DNA of 64,000 nucleotides from Octopus vulgaris (Eukaryota): assembly GCA_951406725.2 (NCBI GenBank), contig OX597821.1, positions 104,780,001 through 104,844,000 of the forward strand, read 5' to 3'. The translations under genes and the position numbers were made by a program. The notes beneath the pieces are model-generated. The model saw only the letters and a list, made by a program, of their open reading frames with translations. It ran no database searches and was not told the origin of the DNA. This document shows positions 55,793-64,000 of this stretch, in pieces; the stretch's first letter is position 1, and every line of letters begins with the position of its first letter.

Positions 55793-56406
55793 TAAGGCTG
55801 TGACCTGGCAGAAATGTTACCGCACGGGGCGACATGTTTTGCGGTATTCCGTCTGCCGTAACGTTCTGAGTTCAATTTCCGCCGAGGTCAACTTTGCCTT
55901 TCATCATTTCTGGGTCGATAAATTAAGTACCAGTTACGCACTGGGGTCGATGTAGTAGTCTTAATTCCTTTGTTTGTCCTTGTTTGTCCCCTCTATGTTT
56001 AGACCCTTGTGGGCAATAAAGAAATAAGAAACGTTAGCACGCCGGGCGAATTGCTTAGCGGTATTTCGTCTGCGTTACGTTCTGAGTTCAAATTCCGCCG
56101 AGGTCGACTTTGCCTTTCATCCTTTCGGGGTAGATTAAATAAGTACCAGTTACGGACTGGGGTCGATATAATGGACTTAATCATTTTGTCTGTCCTTCAT
56201 TGTCCCCTCTGTGTGTAGGCCCTTGTGGGCAGTAAAGAAATAGGTATTTCCTCTGTCTTTACGTTCTGAGTTCGAATCCCAACGAAGTCAATTTTGCCCT
56301 TCGTGCTTTCGGAATCGATAAATTAAGTGACGCTTGCGTACAGGGGTGAATCTATTCAACTAGGCCCCACCGACAAAACTTTGGGCCTTGTGCCTAGAGT
56401 AGAAAA
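55793..56406 (+). mobile_element. SINE family A tandem trimer
   Basis: Three units; the second and third start at internal positions of the head (aaacgttagc, ggtatttc) right after the aaagaaata tail. Confidence 0.88.
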
Positions 56407-56554
56407 TAATATTTCCCTGTCGTAGGAAGAAACAATTTGTTTTTTCGGTAATACTGAAGGTAATAATTAGACCCAGGGGAAGCAGCTCTTCCGGAATTTA
56501 AATGAATAAAATAGGTGGTGGTTTCAAATCTCTCTCAGAAATTACAAAAGACTT

Positions 56555-56946
56555 AGGAGTGGCTTTGTGGTAAGAAACTGGCTTACCAAGGACATGGTTT
56601 CGAATTCAATTCCACTGTGTGACAACTTAGGCAAGTGTCTTCTACTATAGCCTCGGGCCGACCAAAGCCTTGTGAGTGAATTTGGTAAATGGAAACTGAA
56701 AGAAGCCCGTTGTATATATATATGTGCGTGTATGTGTGTGTGTGTGTGTTTGTGAGTGTGTTTGTCCGCCCACTATCACTTGACAACCGATGATGGTGTT
56801 TTTGCGTCCCCGTAACGTAGCAGTTCCGCGAAAGCGACAGATAGAATTAGTACTAGGTTTACAAATAATAAGTCATAGGGTCGATCGTTCAACTAAAAGC
56901 GGTGCTCCATCATGGCTGCACTCAATTGACTGAAACAAATAAAATA
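56555..56946 (+). mobile_element. SINE family B, full-length
   Basis: Reverse complement of 20961-21384. Confidence 0.9.
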
Positions 56947-59900
56947 ATATGTTTAGTGTTTCAGTGTGATTAGGCCTCACACTTAAAGCATAGAATCACT
57001 TTTTACTACAAGCTTCCAACAACTGTGTGATATGCGTTTGTGTGAATAAGAAAAAAGAAACAACTTCACATTCATTGTGGTAAATAATGCAATATTCTCC
57101 TCAGAATTTCACGTGGGTATACGTCAGTTAGGATAATGTAGGTCTAAATAATAAACATCATGTTTAACTGTTTGTAAACTTTCTTATTAACGAACCCACC
57201 ATCAGCGTCTGTCAGTCATAGACTTCAATCTCTTCGGAAAGTTTCAAAAACTTTCGATTTTTGCTTGATAAAATTTTAACACTTCCTATTTGTTGATTAA
57301 CATTTACTTCTAAATATTTCCTGGAAATTTTCTCTATGGATAATGCTTAATCCTGCAATTGCTTGCATCATTCGCAGCTAGGATACTTGAAAGTAGTGCA
57401 ACGTGCTAAAAATATAGTATATAAAAAGACTATTTCTGAACATCTTTCAAGTTGTTGAGAATTCATTCCATTTTCAAGCAACACATGTTTGAATTACAGA
57501 TCAATGACAGGCTTTTTTTCCTAATAATCGTGATTGCACTAATATAAATGTGATGCATATTCCATCTAATGTGGAATCTCATCTCCTACATAAGCATTTT
57601 AGTTTTTCTTTGATGTTCAATACGAAAAGGCTATACCTTACTTTCCAACTTACATTTAGTATCATTTCCTGACTCCATAACACAGTTTTACCATTATTTC
57701 GTTTTTATGCATGATAATGTATGCAATCATTTATTATAATTCATAATGTGTGACAGATTCTTCTCCATCAATACTAACCTCATATACACAGATTTGTTGA
57801 GTGAAAGTTATGTTACTGTCAATATATTAAAGAATCATGCAAGCGAAAAATTTACGAATAATATTTTCCTTATCTAAATAAAATAAAAGTTGATACTGAG
57901 AACATTAATTAGTCAGCTTTCATCGTACTTCTCTAAGTATGTATGAGATGACCATCAACTAAATAGAAAATAGGTACCCTTTGGCGGAACGAAATTTGAA
58001 ATTATACTTAAAATATTGAAGTAGAAATACTACATATATTTAAAACAACTCATAATCTGATAAGTTTCAATTTTACTCCACTAATATTGCGACTTTACTC
58101 AGAAATAGCACATTTACTACAAGGAATAGCACAAGCCCAATAAAACTTTGACCCTGCTATTGACTTGAAGGATTATTCTCAGCACGTAAACTTATTCCTG
58201 TTTAACTTTTTATCTATACGTTAATTATATTAATTATAATCCTGTTATATTTCATTCTCCGAGCGAGTAGCTGTATGATGCATTCACTATGAAAAGTATC
58301 AGCTCTTATTGTTGTTATAGATGGAACTTGAAACTATCATAAAATTATTACCAAACGATAGAAACAAAATTCTGTAGAAGACTTAACTTCATATTTCCTT
58401 AAATAAGTTTTGAAGGAAAACGGAATAAAAGACTAGAATATTGATAACATTTTAAATAATTTATTGTGCGCGAAGCATTTGGGCTATTACAATTAATAAA
58501 TCTTTATTTAATTCAATTATTCAAATTCCCTGATAAAATAAACGTATGAGATTTAACTGCTACAAATATGATATTTATCACTAAATCCTCTTGCAATCAG
58601 AAAAAAAAAACATTCTTATTACACATACACGTATAAATAAATGGAAATAAATCTTCAACCACAAACAAATTTAACAGAAATATTAATTAAAAATAAGTAG
58701 TCATAAATAATATAAATGATGTTAACACCAGTGTGTTTACAATAAACAAAAATATACTTCATAAAACTGTAATGAAATCAAAATCTCTGATTATTACGGA
58801 ATTATTCTCTTCGTAAATGTATAAAATGTTCGTTAAGTTGCTTAACAAATTATTAAGACCTACTCACCGGCCAGCTGGTGAAAATGGTGGAGCGAATTCT
58901 CTTCATTCACCGAAAAGGCTCGATGAAGATCACCTCTAATGCATCACTATATTATGTTAATATTCATGTAATCTGGTTGATAACTTCGGAATTAAGTGTA
59001 TTTCAGCTATATAAAAATTTCACCTACTAAGTTGCATTCTTTGTTAAGATAAATTATGTAGAGTGGTGGAAAAAAAGAAAATTTTTCCAATAAATTGAAG
59101 TAAATTAGTTTGAATGGGAATTTCAAACAGCAGACAATATAAATATAAAGTAATCGAGAACTCTCGATTGTAAAATTAACTGTAATTCATTTGAAATTAA
59201 ATATATTACATTATCCTTTCCTCTGACAATTTCTAGGCCCATTAATGTTAATTCTGAGAGAATTTGCGTTGATTTTTTTGTGGGGTAGTGAGTACGCTGC
59301 TATATCATTCGAAGAGTTGATGACTGCACTCTGTCATTAAACTAAACGTCACTTTTAACTCAATTTGTTTCAAAAGTCGATAATATGTATTTCCCGTTGC
59401 AGCACCTATAAATCGAGAGAATAATTGATTGTTGAATCATTGATTAGTTGAGAAATTGGAATTGTGTATATGTATCACTGTGGTTAGTATACAACTGCTG
59501 GATGGAATAGCTATAGTGATTATATATGCTGAAATGTAATTTACAGACGAGAAATAATCTGGCCAACCATTACCTAATGTGAGCGTAGAGCCGAAAGTAA
59601 GCAGTGGGGAATAATTAACTAGAAAGCGTGATTATATTGATTACCGGTGATCCTCGTACAAACGAATATAAGAATAGTTACTTCACTTATTCGGTAACAA
59701 AATGAAGATTTAGGTGGATCATGAATTATATGATAGGTGATTAAATTAAAGAAGGAAAATTATTTTAATTATTTTTCATGAGGATGATGAGAAAAGTAGA
59801 AATACACTAGACATGATTTTTATAGCATTCCTAAACTGGTGTTAGGCCAGTAAGGTGACGGGTATGTAAGCAGCAGGAATTTCTCTGCCATCTCACACAT

Positions 59901-60767
59901 CTTTTGCGTAGGGCTAATGTAACTCTGATAAGTTTTGTCCATGCTACTAACGTGTAATATACTTCGATGCAGTTTTGTTACATTGAGAGTTATAATTAAT
60001 TACTTATGAGCAGAATCACGCTGAGGTAGAAAATCGTTTCCTTCTTTGGAGGTCGATGAAATAATACTGATTATGCATTGGAGTCGATATAATTGATGCG
60101 TTCCCTCTCATTTAATTGCTGACCTTGCGGCAAAATTTGATTTAAGCAGCATGTGATTATTCCCGTTTTGTATTAGATAGATTCTCTCTCTAAAATCCAT
60201 TATTTAAATCTATCGATAACATTTTAAGCAGAAATATTTTTAATTATAACACATTAAAAACTAATAACACAAAACATTCTAACAGATGTGTGTAAAAATT
60301 AATTTAAGTTTCTGAACAGCTTTAATTATATTACATTATCTAATATCAGAAATATAACCCACATCAAAAGGCATTATGATTATGCATACTAAAACACCAA
60401 ACTAATTTTCAAACCAATATTCTTTAAATTAATAAGTGTGATATGACTGATAGGTTATACCGTGGTTCTTTATTATTTCTGTTAATTTACATTGAAGTAG
60501 AGTTTATTTGGTAGACCATAAATAACTTTTAGGATTACGAATTACCCATGTTTGCTACATTGACACATTGGTTTTTTAATGTACAACGAATGTCGGCTCG
60601 CATGTTACATTAATTGTGGAGGCGCGTGGCTTAGTGGTTAGGGTATTGAACTCATGTTCGTAAGTTTGTGGTTTCGATTACTGGACCGGGTGGTGCGTTG
60701 TGTTCTTGAGCAAAACATTTCATTCTCACGTTGTTCTAGTTCACTCATTACAAGATAGAAGTCAAAA

Positions 60768-61428
60768 TAATCTTTTTCTACTACAGGCACAAGGCTTGAA
60801 ATATATAGAGAGGGGGAGAGTCGATTACATCGACTCCTCCCATCATATGGTACTTGTTTTATCGACCTCGCAAAATGAAAGGCAAAGTCGACATCGGAGA
60901 AATGTGAACTCAGCACGTGAAGATGGACGAAATACCACTAAGCATTTTTAACCTAGTAGGCTCACGATTCTTATTTCTCTACTGCCCACAACGGGCTACA
61001 TACAGAGGGAATAAACAAGGACGGGCAAACGAATTAAATCGATTATATTTGACTCCAGTGCGTAACTGGCACTTACCTAATAGACCCCGAAAGGATGAAA
61101 GGCAAAGTCGACCTCGGCGGAATATGAACTCAAAACGTAGCGGCAGACGAAATACCGCGAATATTTTTCACCCGGTGTGCTAACGTTTCTGCCGCTCGCC
61201 GCCTTCATAGAGGACAAAATAACCCATTCTACTAAAGGCACACGGCGTGAAATTTGGAGCAGGGAACTATTCGATTACATCAATTCCAGTGCTCGATTGG
61301 TACTTATTTCATCGGCCCCAAAATGATGAAAGGTAAAGTTGATCTCGGGAGGATTTGAACTCAGAACGTAAAGACGTACTAAATGCTGCTAAGCATTTTG
61401 ACCGGCATGCTAACGATTCTGCCAGCTT
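60768..61428 (-). mobile_element. SINE family A cluster (three units)
   Basis: Three units, each with a tgaaaggNaaagtNga motif and a gaactca B-box complement. Confidence 0.85.
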
Positions 61429-61471
61429 ACAACGACAACAACAGAAACACGCACTCATACGCACTCATATA

Positions 61472-61876
61472 TTTTCAGTCCTTTACTAGATTCTGTAAGT
61501 AGAATAAGGCCATGCTTCAGGACCGTCTCGAAGAATTTTGGTCGAAGGAATCGACACGCCAATACTTTTTTAAATCATGTACTTATTCGAGCTCCCCCTT
61601 TACCGAGCATCTATGGCCCGTGGACGTAAACACACCAACCCCAGTTGTACAATGGTAGTGGTGGGGGCCACAAACACGCATGAACGCACAGTGTCACTGA
61701 AACACACACATATATTAATAAGTCAGGCTCGTTACAGTTACCATGTAAGAAATCTCCTCACAAGGCATTGGTTGGCTTGGGGCATTAACTGAAGGCAGTT
61801 GTTCGAGATGTCACACAATGTAACTGAAACCAGGACTTTGTGGTTGGGAAGAAATCTTTGCAGTGTACCGCCACGA
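61472..61876 (-). mobile_element. SINE family B copy (old, diverged)
   Basis: ggacgtaaacacacca, cacaaggcattggttggc and tgtggttgggaag motifs in order. Confidence 0.6.
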
Positions 61877-62502
61877 CATCGTCTTATTTATAGCATCAAA
61901 TTAGTCAATCATTCACATATATGTATAAACGAAAGTACACATTGATAAAGAGAGAGAAGAACATTAAAAAGGCCAATAAGAATAATAAAAATTTCATGTA
62001 AAAAGACAATATAAAGAAAAAAGTAAATACGACACACAAGTATAAAACAAACACACAAACTTACACATAAGGGTCCACCATCATACGCGAAGATACATAC
62101 GCAACACAACAAAGAGAAATAATACATTTACAAGCAGATACTTCATAACGATATGAAAAAAGCGCAACGGTGAATGCAAAGGAATAATAGAGTTACACTC
62201 CAGTAATCTGACCAATGAAATGTTGCAGAGGAGAACAAGTTGCTATGAGGTGCCAGGCTCAATCTCCTTACATGACACCTTGAGCAGTATTCATTTTCCG
62301 AAGACTCTGGCCAGAGCACAATTTGTAAATGTGATTGCATGTACAGGTCCCTCGAGTGATGGTATCTGTTATACAAAAGATCTGATGTTCACAGTGCTTT
62401 ATGTTTCTTCTCCGTACATACATGCTTTCGCATACATACGATCAAGCTTATACAAACACACACGCATATGCGTATGCACACGCACACACACATATATATA
62501 TA

Positions 62503-62737
62503 TTTCTTTATAACCCACAAGGGGCTAAACATAGAAGGGACAAACAAATGGATTAAGGGACAGACAAATTGATTAAATCGATTGCATCGACCCCAGTGCG
62601 TGGATGGTACTTAATTTATCGACCCCGAAAGGATGAAAGGCAAAGTCGACCTCGGCGGAATTTGAACTCAGTACGTAACGACAGACAAAATACTGCTAAG
62701 CATGTCGCCCGGCGCGCTAACGTTTCTGCCAGCTCGC
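62503..62737 (-). mobile_element. SINE family A copy
   Basis: Near full-length match. Confidence 0.9.
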
Positions 62738-63208
62738 GCACACTCATACATATAGCCGTGGTACATTTATTAACGTCTCTCTGCGTACAGTTAACAACAC
62801 AAGTATGAGTAGACGTAATGCGAAGCGTACAGACTGCAAGATAGTTATGAATACAAAAGTCATAATACACACTGACAGTCCCTATCAATTTATTGAAACA
62901 GAAATCCACGGTAGCCAATTCGACCGGAAGTTTTATCAATTGCTCTATGTTCTATGTATTTTTCCGAGTTCTCTACGTATCTGTCATGATGTGTGTTCCG
63001 TAGGCCGACGAGTCACTAGCATAAAAATAATTTCGAATATAGGTTTAATATAAACAATATTTTTTGTGAATATAGTAACGTGAATTGTTTGACAACATAT
63101 CTATAAGGAAAATGACATCGAAAGTTAAAGCAGGTAAATTCTCTCTCCCTGTATTCTGCGTGTCTGCCTGCCTTTCTCTTTCTCTCCCTATATATATATA
63201 TATATACG

Positions 63209-63257
<49 letters not shown>

Positions 63258-63333
63258 GATATATATATATACATATATATATATACATATATACATGTAT
63301 ATATATATATATATACTTATATATATATATATG

Positions 63334-63417
<84 letters not shown>

Positions 63418-63504
63418 CGTATGTACATCTATACATATATATATACATGAACATATATATATATATTATATATATATATCTATATGTATGTATATAAGTG
63501 CATA

Positions 63505-63565
<61 letters not shown>

Positions 63566-64000
63566 TGTGTGCGTGTGTGAGTGTGTACGTAACTGTGTCG
63601 AACAATGAGAACAATGAGGCTCCAACCACACAACACAACATCAATCATTAAACGTTTAGTTAATAACAGTGGCTGTAGCGTCTGCAATCTATCCACCGAT
63701 AAAAACACTTTTTAAAACGTCTCCGCATATCATAATGTGGTATTAGAAAGATCCAACTTGAAGATTAGCCTTGAGGAGCCATATGCAGATAGACGAAGAG
63801 AAGACGCACTCTGAGGACAATATTATGGCTTCTCCTCCTAATAGTATAAATGTAAACCCTAATATAACTAGGAAATTCTTAAAATTAATAGAATATAGGG
63901 AATGATAATAATAATAATAAAATTATTTTATACAGTGCTCAGGTGCACCACAACTTGTCAAAAGTGCGTATAAAACATGAAGTAATGTATAAATGTCTGG

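Noticed and set aside
58880-58935. LHRAFSV resembles IPP isomerase
   Set aside because: There is an in-frame stop just upstream and no downstream similarity.
63925-64000. Repeat-like sequence beginning after (AAT)n
   Set aside because: Cut by the window edge; cannot be classified.

Overview
AT-rich eukaryotic DNA with no intact protein-coding gene that I can name. It is dominated by microsatellites ((AT)n, (AAT)n, (ATAG)n, (ATAC)n, (AC)n) and decayed mobile elements. The SINE families and microsatellite load suggest an octopus or other coleoid cephalopod genome (inference from recalled repeat families, not a search). Recognisable content: four tRNA-derived SINE families; several Dong/R4-clade non-LTR fragments sitting in (TAA)n; RTE, CR1/L2-like and L1/Tx1-like fragments; a decayed Helitron Rep/helicase with an intact 3' end; two non-autonomous Helitrons; a solo LTR that splits a Dong ORF; Penelope-type 3' ends; and foldback elements. 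Most interesting is a palindromic, tRNA-headed repeat whose three arms (one near 7.2 kb, two at 27.5-28.0 kb) give a consensus minimal type I hammerhead ribozyme; other hammerhead-like families cluster nearby. Two phase-compatible candidate exons (38.9 kb and 33.3 kb) may belong to an unidentified minus-strand host gene. Almost all supplied ORFs are microsatellite or SINE artefacts. Coordinates were read by eye and most element boundaries are approximate.
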